This document shows, one piece after another, positions 51,076 through 60,469 of a DNA stretch of 64,000 nucleotides. Position numbers and translations under genes: made by a program. The DNA is from an uncultured virus (IMG/VR IMGVR_UViG_3300032291_002419) (Duplodnaviria > Heunggongvirae > Uroviricota > Caudoviricetes). Under the pieces are notes generated by a model. That model saw only the letters and a program-made list of their open reading frames with translations. It ran no database searches and was not told the origin of the DNA. The stretch is taken from the IMG/VR virus record IMGVR_UViG_3300032291_002419. One strand, given 5' to 3'. Each line of letters starts with the position of its first letter. The first letter of the stretch is position 1.

Positions 51076-51951
51076 ATGAAAAATATCAAACACTCGAAGT
51101 TTAAAAACACAGGATTTATTTTTGAATTACTGGTTAGACAGATTACATCCGAAATAATGGCCGGTAAAAATAATTCGAAAGCAGAGAAAATATTAAAAGA
51201 ATGTTTTTCTGCTAAAAAAGAACTTTCAAAAGAATTAAAACTATATCAATATCTTATAAATGAAAAATATAATTCAGAATCTAAAGCAGAAAAGTTTGTT
51301 GAAACTGTTTGTGAAGCTCGTAAGCGATTGGATGAACAAAAACTTACAAAAGAGAAATATAATTTGATTAGAGAAATCAAAGAAGCATACGATATAGATG
51401 AATTCGTAAAATCATCAATTTCAAATTATAAAAATTTGGCATCAATATATAAGATATTTGAAGCAACTATTACAACAGAAGTATTTGAGCCAAAGGATAT
51501 AGTTAATTCTAAATTTACAATTGTTGAGAATATAATAAATTCTTCAATTGAAAATAAAGATAAAAAAATACATGATAGAGTTTTGGATGAATACGGTAAG
51601 CAGGATGAGTCCGTGAGAATTTTAACTTACAAAATGTTGGTTGAAAATTTCAATCATAAGTATAGCAAACTATCAGTTCAACAAAAAAATCTACTTACTC
51701 AATATATAAATAATATTAATAATACTGGAAAATTAAAAGAATATGTGAACGAAGAGGTTAATGGATTATCTAATGGATTGAAATCGATTGGATTACAAAT
51801 AACCGATAAAGTTACCAAAATCAAATTATCAGAAACTATTAATAGTATTAAAAAAATTAAATCTGTTAAGAAAATCAGAGAAGAGCATTTGTCGGCATTA
51901 ATGATGAGCTACGAATTACTATCTGAATTAAAAAATACGTTAAATAAATAA
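51076..51951 (+). CDS. Head-region helical protein (possible prohead core)
   Basis: 291-aa ORF directly after the portal, with a late motif at 51047-51056. Confidence 0.6.
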   Translation: MKNIKHSKFKNTGFIFELLVRQITSEIMAGKNNSKAEKILKECFSAKKELSKELKLYQYLINEKYNSESKAEKFVETVCEARKRLDEQKLTKEKYNLIREIKEAYDIDEFVKSSISNYKNLASIYKIFEATITTEVFEPKDIVNSKFTIVENIINSSIENKDKKIHDRVLDEYGKQDESVRILTYKMLVENFNHKYSKLSVQQKNLLTQYINNINNTGKLKEYVNEEVNGLSNGLKSIGLQITDKVTKIKLSETINSIKKIKSVKKIREEHLSALMMSYELLSELKNTLNK

Positions 51952-51954
51952 AAA

Positions 51955-52197
51955 ATGAATTATAGGACATTCAATACAAAATTGGTAACATCTGGTTCAG
52001 CTGGATTAATAGATAATGCATGGGGCATACTACCTGTCAGTGGTGTAGTTGGGACATTTGAGTTAGAAGGATTCGTAAGTGGGAGTTCAAATCACGCCAG
52101 TATGTCATTAGAGCATTTGGTACCAGGCCAACCGTTTGGGTGTTATGTTAGAAGCATAACCGTAACTAATGGTGGGTCTGTTTATGTATTATCTTAA
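51955..52197 (+). CDS. Small beta-rich putative structural protein
   Basis: 80-aa ORF in the head operon. Confidence 0.6.
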   Translation: MNYRTFNTKLVTSGSAGLIDNAWGILPVSGVVGTFELEGFVSGSSNHASMSLEHLVPGQPFGCYVRSITVTNGGSVYVLS

Positions 52198-52209
52198 AAT
52201 GAATTAATT

Positions 52210-52977
52210 ATGCCAGCAAAATCAAAAGCACAGCAAAGATTTATGGGAATGGTACATGCTACCCAAAAGGGTGATATGGAATCACCATCCGCCGAAGTTA
52301 GTAAAGTGGCTAATTCCATATATGATAAAGATGCTAAAGATTTTGCATCTACCTCACATAAAGGATTGCCCGATAAAATCAAAGAAATAGTATTATCGGA
52401 ATTACGTTCTGTTAGAGCAATTCAAACAGATTATACCGATACAATAAATGCAATTCAGAAACATTTGGATGCATATAAGAAAACCAAAGGAACTCCACAG
52501 GAATCAGAACACGTTCAACAATTGAAATCGCTAAGTATTAAAAAGAAAAAACTTACCGATGAATTGGATGCAAAGGTTAAAGGATTATACAAGGATGCTG
52601 AATTGAAAGTAGATGAATTAACAGGCACTGATGCCGCCGGTCCTTACAATACGCCATTCGCATTTAGTGGTAAAGATGATGAAAAAACTAAAGGTAAAAG
52701 ACAAGCGGATTTGACTGGATATTCGGTAGTTAAAGAAAATCGTTGGATAGCGCTTAAACAAGAAGATTCAAGTGCACAATCTAAAATAGGCAAAGGCATA
52801 TCCAATATCAATAAACAATTGGCAGAAATGGAAAAATTCTTAAATTGGTATGGAAAAATTAAAAATGAAAGCGGAATAGATAATAAAAGTTATTGGAAAA
52901 GAACAAATACTAATATTTATAGTATAAAAGAAAGATTAATAAAATTAGACCAAAAAATAAGACAAATTTCACAATAA
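52210..52977 (+). CDS. Modular internal-head-type protein (PAKSKAQQRFMG module)
   Basis: MPAKSKAQQRFMGMVHA...DFASTSHKGLP module; VLSE, VDE and VKE linkers. Confidence 0.6.
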   Translation: MPAKSKAQQRFMGMVHATQKGDMESPSAEVSKVANSIYDKDAKDFASTSHKGLPDKIKEIVLSELRSVRAIQTDYTDTINAIQKHLDAYKKTKGTPQESEHVQQLKSLSIKKKKLTDELDAKVKGLYKDAELKVDELTGTDAAGPYNTPFAFSGKDDEKTKGKRQADLTGYSVVKENRWIALKQEDSSAQSKIGKGISNINKQLAEMEKFLNWYGKIKNESGIDNKSYWKRTNTNIYSIKERLIKLDQKIRQISQ

Positions 52978-54647
52978 TGAAAATATCACAATTAAAAGAA
53001 ATTGTTAAGAAAGTAGTTTCGGAGGAAACCGAATACCAACAGTTGTTTATGCATATGTTGGATAAGACTGGTAAGGATATCGGCTCTATGAGCGATGATG
53101 AAACTACCAAATTTTTCAACGCAGTCGATAGAGCATATAAAGCAAAATCAGAAGGCAGATTGAGAGGATACAATGAAAATACATCATTTGGATTCAAAGT
53201 AAACGAAGCATATGATGGACCAATCATATTAAAAACGGGCAATAAAAACACATTCAAAGTGGGTGAAAAAGTTACATTCGCAGATGCTGGAAAGCCAAAA
53301 AAAGAATATACAGTAGTAAAATCTAGCGGCAATGGTGATTTTGTTTTACATCTCGTTGAATCCGTTAATGAAGGTATTTGGCCAAAATCAAAATTAGCAA
53401 GTACGTTTCAAATGCAATTATCATTAGAACTTAAAAAGAATTTTAAGGGAGTATTTTATGGCGTAGGTAATGATTTATATCATAACGATAAGAAAGTATT
53501 GACAATAGATGGTGATAATGATTCTATAAATTCTATAATCAAAAAATTAAAATCTAAAATTAAAGAATCTGTTAATGCAGGAAAATATGATTCTGAATTG
53601 GATAAAGTTGAGGCAGCTGTAAAAAACGAAAGTAGCTTTATGGAGGCCGATAGAAAAGCAGCTGCAATATCTAATGTAATTCAATTGGATAAGAAAGTTA
53701 TTAAAAAATTTATAGAGGATAATAATTTAGATGCAAATAAAATACACATTTTTGTTAAAAAAAATTATCCAAAAAATGCAGAATCGTTTGTTCAACTTAT
53801 GAAACGTCCGAATAAATCGTCTTTAAAAAATTTCATAAATGAATCGGTAAACGAAGGAAAATATGATTCTGAATTGGATAAAGTTGAGGCAGCTGTAAAA
53901 AACGCAACATCGTTTATGAACGTTGGTGCAGAATTGAAGAAAGCTGGTATTAAATACGATTTCTCAACTTCAATGATACCAATGTATAGAATTAAAGTAT
54001 CTGGAAACACTATTGCAATTGTAAATAAGAAATATGCAGCTGGTGCCGAAAGAGAAGTTAACGGTATCGCAATTGGCATAATGGAGAATACTGTTAAAAA
54101 ATCAGTAAACGAAGGAAAATATCCAACCGATTTGAAAATTGGTTCGGTAATTTTAGGACAAGGATTTACTATGTTAAAAGGAATTGAGGGTGGTAAATAC
54201 TATAAGGTAGTTGATATGGATGATATATCTGCAACATTAGTTCCATCGGATAAGAATGGCAATGCAAAGGGTTCAACGAAAGTTAGACATAAATTATCAT
54301 CAATTGATGGTGGTATCAAAACTGCTAAGAGAGGTGATGCAAATGGGATTGTGGTGATTAAAGAAACTGTAACCGAAGCAAATAACCCAGGAGATAAATT
54401 TACCCATAAACATAATCCAAAAATTGAAATTGAACTAATTGAACCAACCAACAAAGGATGGAAAGTATATCAAACAGAAAAAGGTAAAAAAAAAATAGCA
54501 TACTTTGATAAACAGGATATTAGTGGAAACAATTCATTATTTAAATCAGTAAACGAAGCATTTACGCACCAAAAAGTTAAAAATAGAATATACTTTGAGC
54601 TTGACAAGAGAGAATCCGTAAATACATCAGTTCAAAAAAAAAAATAG
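52977..54647 (+). CDS. Internal-head polyprotein with repeated (E)SVNE linkers
   Basis: KVNE, ESVNE, KSVNE and TVTE linkers separating unrelated ~50-90-aa modules; ends at A11-TAG. Confidence 0.7.
   Translation: MKISQLKEIVKKVVSEETEYQQLFMHMLDKTGKDIGSMSDDETTKFFNAVDRAYKAKSEGRLRGYNENTSFGFKVNEAYDGPIILKTGNKNTFKVGEKVTFADAGKPKKEYTVVKSSGNGDFVLHLVESVNEGIWPKSKLASTFQMQLSLELKKNFKGVFYGVGNDLYHNDKKVLTIDGDNDSINSIIKKLKSKIKESVNAGKYDSELDKVEAAVKNESSFMEADRKAAAISNVIQLDKKVIKKFIEDNNLDANKIHIFVKKNYPKNAESFVQLMKRPNKSSLKNFINESVNEGKYDSELDKVEAAVKNATSFMNVGAELKKAGIKYDFSTSMIPMYRIKVSGNTIAIVNKKYAAGAEREVNGIAIGIMENTVKKSVNEGKYPTDLKIGSVILGQGFTMLKGIEGGKYYKVVDMDDISATLVPSDKNGNAKGSTKVRHKLSSIDGGIKTAKRGDANGIVVIKETVTEANNPGDKFTHKHNPKIEIELIEPTNKGWKVYQTEKGKKKIAYFDKQDISGNNSLFKSVNEAFTHQKVKNRIYFELDKRESVNTSVQKKK
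53579..53904 (+). repeat. Perfect 50-bp direct repeat flanking a module
   Basis: AGGAAAATATGATTCTGAATTGGATAAAGTTGAGGCAGCTGTAAAAAACG at 53579-53628 and 53855-53904. Confidence 0.9.
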
Positions 54648-55063
54648 TTACTGAAAATGTTATCGCAGGTATATTAGCAACCATAACGATGGCAGTATTG
54701 GGTAAAGTATTTATCTATTTTATTTACGAATTGATTAAAAAAGTAGGCAATTATATAAAAGGAAACGAGGGGTATCGAAAAGCAGTTATTAGTATTTTGG
54801 AATCCATATCAAATAATAAACAAGTCATAACTGATATAGTAAAATTATTAAATGATACAGATGGGATAAGTGATTCGACCGCAGATAAAATTTTAAAAAT
54901 GGAATTTGTGCAGAATCAAATAACAAAGTTAATCGGTAATTCAAAAGAAGATTTGGATGAAGTAAAATTAAGAACTCATTTAAAAGCTGCTTTAATAAAT
55001 GCATGGAAAGATAAAGGAATGACAGATAAAGTAGTAGATAAGATAAAAAAAGATATACAATAA
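54644..55063 (+). CDS. Hydrophobic-helix protein, probably the -1 frameshift extension of 52977..54647 (ORF-track start 54689)
   Basis: Frame is open upstream of the ATG through the A11 run (IVTENVIAGILATITMAVLG...); similar layout to 56443..56880. Confidence 0.6.
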   Translation: MVTENVIAGILATITMAVLGKVFIYFIYELIKKVGNYIKGNEGYRKAVISILESISNNKQVITDIVKLLNDTDGISDSTADKILKMEFVQNQITKLIGNSKEDLDEVKLRTHLKAALINAWKDKGMTDKVVDKIKKDIQ

Positions 55064-55654
55064 ATGAATAAGAACTTATTAATAGAGACACATCTATTTG
55101 AAGCTAAACTCATAGCAGAGGATAATGGGACATATTTGGTTAAGGGAATACTACAAAGAGCAGGTGCACCTAATCAAAACAATAGAAGATATCCGAAGGA
55201 AATATTGGAAAGAGAATGCAAAAAATATGAACAACTCATAAAAGAACGCAGAGCATTGGGTGAGTTAGACCATCCGGATTCACCGGTAATTAACTTAAAA
55301 AATGTTTCTCATAATATTAGAGAGATTGCTTGGGATGGGGATGATGTTGTAGGCGTAGTAGAAATACTTTCAACTCCATCTGGAAATATTTTGAGGGAGC
55401 TATTAAAAAATAATATTCGACTGGGTATATCATCTCGTGGATTAGGTTCTGTTAAAGATTTGAATGATGGAACGGTAATGGTTCAAGAGGATTTCGAATT
55501 AGTTGGTTGGGATTTTGTTTCAAACCCATCTACACATGGAGCGTTTATGGCTCCTATGAATGAGGTAAAGCAATGGAAGCAAATTGCAGATGAGTGTGGT
55601 AAATGGTGTAAATCACAAAATTTGATGAGAGAAATTATAATAGAATTAAATTAA
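55064..55654 (+). CDS. Prohead protease (gp21-like)
   Basis: NQNNRRYP, ALGELDHP, VSH, GISSRGLGS and DFVSNPS motifs. Confidence 0.95.
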   Translation: MNKNLLIETHLFEAKLIAEDNGTYLVKGILQRAGAPNQNNRRYPKEILERECKKYEQLIKERRALGELDHPDSPVINLKNVSHNIREIAWDGDDVVGVVEILSTPSGNILRELLKNNIRLGISSRGLGSVKDLNDGTVMVQEDFELVGWDFVSNPSTHGAFMAPMNEVKQWKQIADECGKWCKSQNLMREIIIELN

Positions 55655-55666
55655 AAATAAACGCAA

Positions 55667-56008
55667 ATGAAAAATTCAAAAATATTAAAAGAAGCATTAT
55701 CGGATGCAGAACAAGTTAAGCAAAGTGTAATTGCAAACGCAAAGTTTCTATTAGAGCAATCATTTTTACCAAAAGGTAGTAAATCCATTAAACCTATGCG
55801 AGAAGCGTTAGAAGATATGGATACCAATCTACCATCACAAGTTGAAAAATTTTTAGATAGAACTATTAATATCATAAAGGGATATAGTTTATCAAAGAAA
55901 AAAGAACAATTAGTGATTGCCAAAGTAATTGATGCATTGGGCATGGATAAGACACAACTAAGCCAAACCATTCAGAAAATTAAGAAACATGATATTCTAA
56001 AAAAATAA
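55667..56008 (+). CDS. Small protein with a scaffold-like N-terminal leader
   Basis: First ~35 aa align with the N-terminus of 57517..58692. Confidence 0.7.
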   Translation: MKNSKILKEALSDAEQVKQSVIANAKFLLEQSFLPKGSKSIKPMREALEDMDTNLPSQVEKFLDRTINIIKGYSLSKKKEQLVIAKVIDALGMDKTQLSQTIQKIKKHDILKK

Positions 56009-56011
56009 TAG

Positions 56012-56428
56012 ATGATAAAGCTAAAAGATTTGTTGAATGAATCAGAGGAATTTCAACAATTGCCAACCGAAATGAAAAAACACTTTTTGGAAATAATTTC
56101 CACATTTGGTCAATTCGGTGAACAAATGCGTAGAAAATCCGATATAAGAAAGATTGCCGAAACATTGGGTGGTATAGCTGATGCAGCACAAGAATATACT
56201 TTGAGAGAAGGCGGTGATTGGTTTGATAGAGTTACCATTAAGCGAAATATGAAAGAATTGAAATCTCTACATGAGAAATTTCAAAAAGAAGCAATGGATG
56301 CGAAGGCTCAGGAACAAAGAATCGAAGCTCTTTATGAGGATATGGGGCATGTATTAAATAGATATTTTGAAATAGTAAATGTATCAGAAACGACTATGAA
56401 ACGGAGATTGGGAATGAAGAGTGTGTAA
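56012..56428 (+). CDS. Helical internal-head-type protein
   Basis: MIKLKDLLNE leader resembling a capsid-targeting propeptide. Confidence 0.65.
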   Translation: MIKLKDLLNESEEFQQLPTEMKKHFLEIISTFGQFGEQMRRKSDIRKIAETLGGIADAAQEYTLREGGDWFDRVTIKRNMKELKSLHEKFQKEAMDAKAQEQRIEALYEDMGHVLNRYFEIVNVSETTMKRRLGMKSV

Positions 56429-56442
56429 AACTACAAATTATA

Positions 56443-56880
56443 ATGCGAAAGAAGAAAAATTTAAATGAACTTAGTTTATTAACTATACTTGGTGGTATCG
56501 CAGTTTATGCATTTCTGCAGATGTTTTTTAACCGATTGGCAGACAACATCGATGCATATTATCACGGTAGGAGTGTAGTAGTTCATAAAGCCTTAAAATC
56601 CATCTACAAAACGTTACTTACCGATATGTCATTTATGACTCGAATTAATGATAAAGTTGAAAATATTGGACTCGGTAAAGAATTTATACAGTCATTTATG
56701 GATGATTCCGCTACTCAGAAATTATTGAATACGTATAAGGATAATAGTAGTATTAATTATCAAGAATTAGAATTAGAATTAAAAAAAACTATAACCCGAG
56801 GTGTGAAGGATGAATCTACAAAACGAGGAATAACATCCGATATGAGTAAGCAAATTCAATCAATCAAATGGAAGGCATAA
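56443..56880 (+). CDS. Protein with a hydrophobic helix after an LNE site
   Basis: MRKKKNLNE|LSLLTILGGIAVYAFLQMFF. Confidence 0.65.
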   Translation: MRKKKNLNELSLLTILGGIAVYAFLQMFFNRLADNIDAYYHGRSVVVHKALKSIYKTLLTDMSFMTRINDKVENIGLGKEFIQSFMDDSATQKLLNTYKDNSSINYQELELELKKTITRGVKDESTKRGITSDMSKQIQSIKWKA

Positions 56881-56894
56881 TATAAACAAATAAA

Positions 56895-57266
56895 ATGGAA
56901 CAATTAGCATCATTATTTTTTCACAGTAGAACCCAAGCGCATGTATTTCATTTGGGACAAACGGGACCTGGTTCATACTCCAGACATATCGCATTGAGTG
57001 AATACTACGATGGCATTATAGATATAATAGATGGATTGGTGGAATCGTATCAAGGTAGACATGGATTAATACAATTCAAGCCGGTAAACGGAATCGATAA
57101 TGATTGTTCTACGGAAAATGTAATTAAATATTTTGAAAATCTTTGTAAAGTATTACATAAACTAAGGCAAGATTCAAAATTACAAGATTCGTATATACAA
57201 AATCAAATAGATAATATAGCAGAATTATTATATTCTACAAAATATAAATTAATAAATTTACAATAA
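56895..57266 (+). CDS. Ferritin/Dps-like four-helix protein
   Basis: QAHVFHL...SYSRHIALSEYYD...DGLVESYQG...IQNQIDNI...STKYKL pattern. Confidence 0.7.
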   Translation: MEQLASLFFHSRTQAHVFHLGQTGPGSYSRHIALSEYYDGIIDIIDGLVESYQGRHGLIQFKPVNGIDNDCSTENVIKYFENLCKVLHKLRQDSKLQDSYIQNQIDNIAELLYSTKYKLINLQ

Positions 57267-57516
57267 ATTTCAATTTTTAAGTAAAAAAACTACTAAAATG
57301 GCAAAGTTACAAATTTTTTTTTAAAAAAACAAGCAATTTCTTTAGTTTTCTAAAAAATTTTTATATTTATTTTCAAATATCCTATTTCATGTAGGATTTT
57401 TATTATAATACCGTTGATTAATGAATACACTTTTATATAAGATGTGACCGAACAATCAACAAAATATCATTGAAGTTCCAAAATACAATAACTTCACAGG
57501 AACAAAATAATAAAAA

Positions 57517-58692
57517 ATGGCAAACTCAAAATTGTTAAAAGAAGCAATCGCAGATGCTAAAGCTGTAAAAGATACTGCATTAGCTAACGCAAAACTTGCT
57601 CTCGAAGAAGCATTCACACCACGATTACAGTCCATGTTAACTCAAAAGTTAAGAGCTGAAGCCGAAATGGAAAGCGATGAAGAGCAAGTAGACGAAGAAT
57701 TAGATTCTACCGGAATCGGTTCATCTACATCAACACCAAGTTTAAAGGCGGGTACTGAATTTGAAGCTGGTTCAACTAAAACTACATCTAAAGATGCGGG
57801 TTCACAAGTTGGAGACTACAATAAAGTAGCAGACATAAACGAAGAAGATGAAATGGATTATGAATCAGACACCGAAACGGAAATCGCTGAACTAAAGGCT
57901 AGATTGGCTGAATTGGAAGGCGATGGTGATATGGAAGATGATGGTATGGAAATGGATGACATGGAAGATGATGACATGGAAATGGATGACATGGAAATGG
58001 ATGACATGGAAATGGATGACATGGATATGGGAGATGACGAAGAGTATGATACAACCGGTGATGAAGATACCGAAGATGATATGGATTTGGAATCAATCAT
58101 TAAAGAATTGGAAGCTCAGTTAGGTGATGGTGAAGGTTCGGAAGATGATATGGATTCATATGATTCTGAAATGGATGAAATGGATGGTTCTGATGAGTAT
58201 GGTGCGGATGAAGCGGATGATGATGAAATTGACTTAGAAGAAATTTTAAGAGAAATGGAATCTGACATGAAAGGTGGAGATGATATGGAGTATGGTGATA
58301 CTGAATCAGAGAAAGATGCTGAATTAGAAGAAGCTTACAAAACTATTAAATCACTACAAGGAACTATTAACGAAGTGAACTTATTGAACGCTAAGTTATT
58401 GTTCGCAAACAAACTATTCAGAGCACACAACATGACTAACGAACAAAAAGTTAAAGTGATTGAAACTATGGATAGAACAAAATCAGTAAGAGAGGTTAAA
58501 TTGGTATTCTCTACATTGGCAGAGAACTTCAAATATGCCACTACTACAAACAAATCAACAAAAAAATCAATTTCGGAAGGAATCGCTTCTAAAACGATTA
58601 AATCGACAGCACCTAAAGTGGCTAAGCAATTAATTGCAGAATCGACAAATGTATCGGATAGATTTAAAAAGTTGGCAGGAATTATTAAGTAA
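57517..58692 (+). CDS. Prohead core/scaffolding protein
   Basis: Highly acidic centre and coiled-coil C-terminus ending RFKKLAGIIK; directly upstream of the major capsid gene. Confidence 0.85.
   Translation: MANSKLLKEAIADAKAVKDTALANAKLALEEAFTPRLQSMLTQKLRAEAEMESDEEQVDEELDSTGIGSSTSTPSLKAGTEFEAGSTKTTSKDAGSQVGDYNKVADINEEDEMDYESDTETEIAELKARLAELEGDGDMEDDGMEMDDMEDDDMEMDDMEMDDMEMDDMDMGDDEEYDTTGDEDTEDDMDLESIIKELEAQLGDGEGSEDDMDSYDSEMDEMDGSDEYGADEADDDEIDLEEILREMESDMKGGDDMEYGDTESEKDAELEEAYKTIKSLQGTINEVNLLNAKLLFANKLFRAHNMTNEQKVKVIETMDRTKSVREVKLVFSTLAENFKYATTTNKSTKKSISEGIASKTIKSTAPKVAKQLIAESTNVSDRFKKLAGIIK
57928..58030 (+). repeat. Coding tandem repeat (GATGACATGGAAATG; DDMEM)
   Basis: 15-nt units in the acidic scaffold region. 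Confidence 0.85.
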
Positions 58693-58722
58693 TTAAACAC
58701 AAAAAAAACAATAGTACATAAA

Positions 58723-60333
58723 ATGAACTTAAAAAAATTAATGAATGGTGCTAACCCACAGAGCATTATGCTTGAGCAAACCAGAGGTTTGAAAGCAAAG
58801 TGGGAAAAAACAGGTTTGCTGGAGAACGCAGGTTCGGAGACAACCAAGCATGGTATGGCAGTAATGCTAGAAAACCAAGCAAAACAATTATTGGATGAGG
58901 CTACAAGAACAGGTACTTCATCTGGTTCGGAAGAGTGGGCTGGAGTTGCATTACCTTTAGTAAGAAGAATCTTTGGTTCAATTGCTTCTAAAGAGTTTGT
59001 TTCGGTTCAACCAATGAACTTACCATCGGGTCTTATTTTCTACATGGATTTCAAATACGGAACTAACGCAGCTGGTAATCCAGATTTCTCAGGTTCTTCA
59101 TTGTTTGGTAACGGTGGAACTTTTGGTAAAGATTCATTATCACCAGCCGGTAACAAATTGGGTTCAACTCAAGTAGCCGAAGGTGGTTTATATGGTGCAG
59201 GTAGATTTGGATATACAATCAACAACGCAACTGCGGCAATCACTGCAACTGTTGCTTCGGCTTCATTAGGAGATATTGATTATGATTTCTCAAACGCTAC
59301 TGTTTCTGCTTCATATGCTGCTAACACTTTGAAAAAAGTAACTGTTGCATTACCATCGGATGCAGATTTTAACGGTATAAGAGCATTTGAACTATCATTA
59401 CTATCGGGTTCATCTACTTTCTTCCCACAATACACTACTAAGAATGGTTCAAACGTTGAATTTGTTGCAACTGTAACAGGTACTGGTTCTGCTGGTGCTA
59501 ACGGAGCTTCTTTGGCATACCATGTACAACCTACCGATATTACAAGAGGTGATTTCGAAGATAAAGGTGCTAACTTGGCAATTCCTGAAATCGAATTGGA
59601 GTTGAAATCAGAACCAATCGTTGCTAAAACTCGTAAGTTGAAAGCAATTTGGACTCCTGAATTGGCACAAGATTTGAACGCATATCACTCGGTAGATGCA
59701 GAAGCAGAATTGACTCAAATGTTATCAGAGTATATTTCTTTGGAAATTGACTTGGAAATACTTGAGATGTTGCAATCTAACGCATTTACAACTGATTACT
59801 GGAGTTCAAGAGTAGGATACGATTGGACTGGTAATGGATTCGCTATCGATTCTAACGCAGCAGCTGCATCGGCTTACACAAAGAGTACTTGGTATCAAAC
59901 ATTGGGTATCAAACTTCAAAAGGTATCTAACAAGATTCACCAATTGACTATGAGAGGTGGTGCAAACTTTATCGTTGTATCTCCAAACGTAGCAACTATA
60001 TTGGAATCAATGAATGGTTTCTCTGCAAATCCTAGTAAGGATGCGTTAACTTTCGCAGCAGGTGTAACTAACATCGGTTCTATCTCTAACAGATATGATG
60101 TTTACAAAAACCCATATATGACAGAGAACGTATTGTTAATGGGCTTTAAAGGTTCTAACTTCTTCGAAACTGGCGCAGTTTATGCACCGTATGTTCCGTT
60201 GATTATGACTCCTTTGGTTTATGACCCTACAAATTTTACCCCAAGGAGGGGCGTAATGACTAGATACGCTAAGAAAATAGTCCGCCCCGAATTTTACGGG
60301 AAAGTTATCATCGATGGATTGGAGACTCTATAA
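58723..60333 (+). CDS. Major capsid protein (gp23-like)
   Basis: LENQAK, PLVRR, VQPMNLPSGLIF, AKTRKLKAIWTPELAQDL, YAPYVPL, GVMTRY. Confidence 0.97.
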   Translation: MNLKKLMNGANPQSIMLEQTRGLKAKWEKTGLLENAGSETTKHGMAVMLENQAKQLLDEATRTGTSSGSEEWAGVALPLVRRIFGSIASKEFVSVQPMNLPSGLIFYMDFKYGTNAAGNPDFSGSSLFGNGGTFGKDSLSPAGNKLGSTQVAEGGLYGAGRFGYTINNATAAITATVASASLGDIDYDFSNATVSASYAANTLKKVTVALPSDADFNGIRAFELSLLSGSSTFFPQYTTKNGSNVEFVATVTGTGSAGANGASLAYHVQPTDITRGDFEDKGANLAIPEIELELKSEPIVAKTRKLKAIWTPELAQDLNAYHSVDAEAELTQMLSEYISLEIDLEILEMLQSNAFTTDYWSSRVGYDWTGNGFAIDSNAAAASAYTKSTWYQTLGIKLQKVSNKIHQLTMRGGANFIVVSPNVATILESMNGFSANPSKDALTFAAGVTNIGSISNRYDVYKNPYMTENVLLMGFKGSNFFETGAVYAPYVPLIMTPLVYDPTNFTPRRGVMTRYAKKIVRPEFYGKVIIDGLETL

Positions 60334-60374
60334 TATTGAAATAGAAGATATTATACCAATTTAGCGTGTAAATT

Positions 60375-60405
60375 AAAGGGAAAGTGTAAATACTTTCCCT
60401 TTTTT
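60375..60405 (+). terminator. Rho-independent terminator after the major capsid gene
   Basis: AAAGGGAAAGT-GTAAAT-ACTTTCCCTTT followed by Ts. Confidence 0.88.
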
Positions 60406-60469
60406 GTGCATTTTTGCTTTTTTGAAATTATTTTATATATTTATACTAAATACACCCAATAGTAGTTAT

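Noticed and set aside
54645..54677. TAG readthrough or stop-codon reassignment
   Set aside because: The frame after TAG closes again within about 10 codons, and long genes are intact under the standard code; a -1 shift fits better.
57858..58123. Overlapping repetitive ORFs (57858..58100 -, 57899..58096 -, 57923..58123 +)
   Set aside because: Shadow frames of the 15-nt DDMEM repeat in the scaffold gene.
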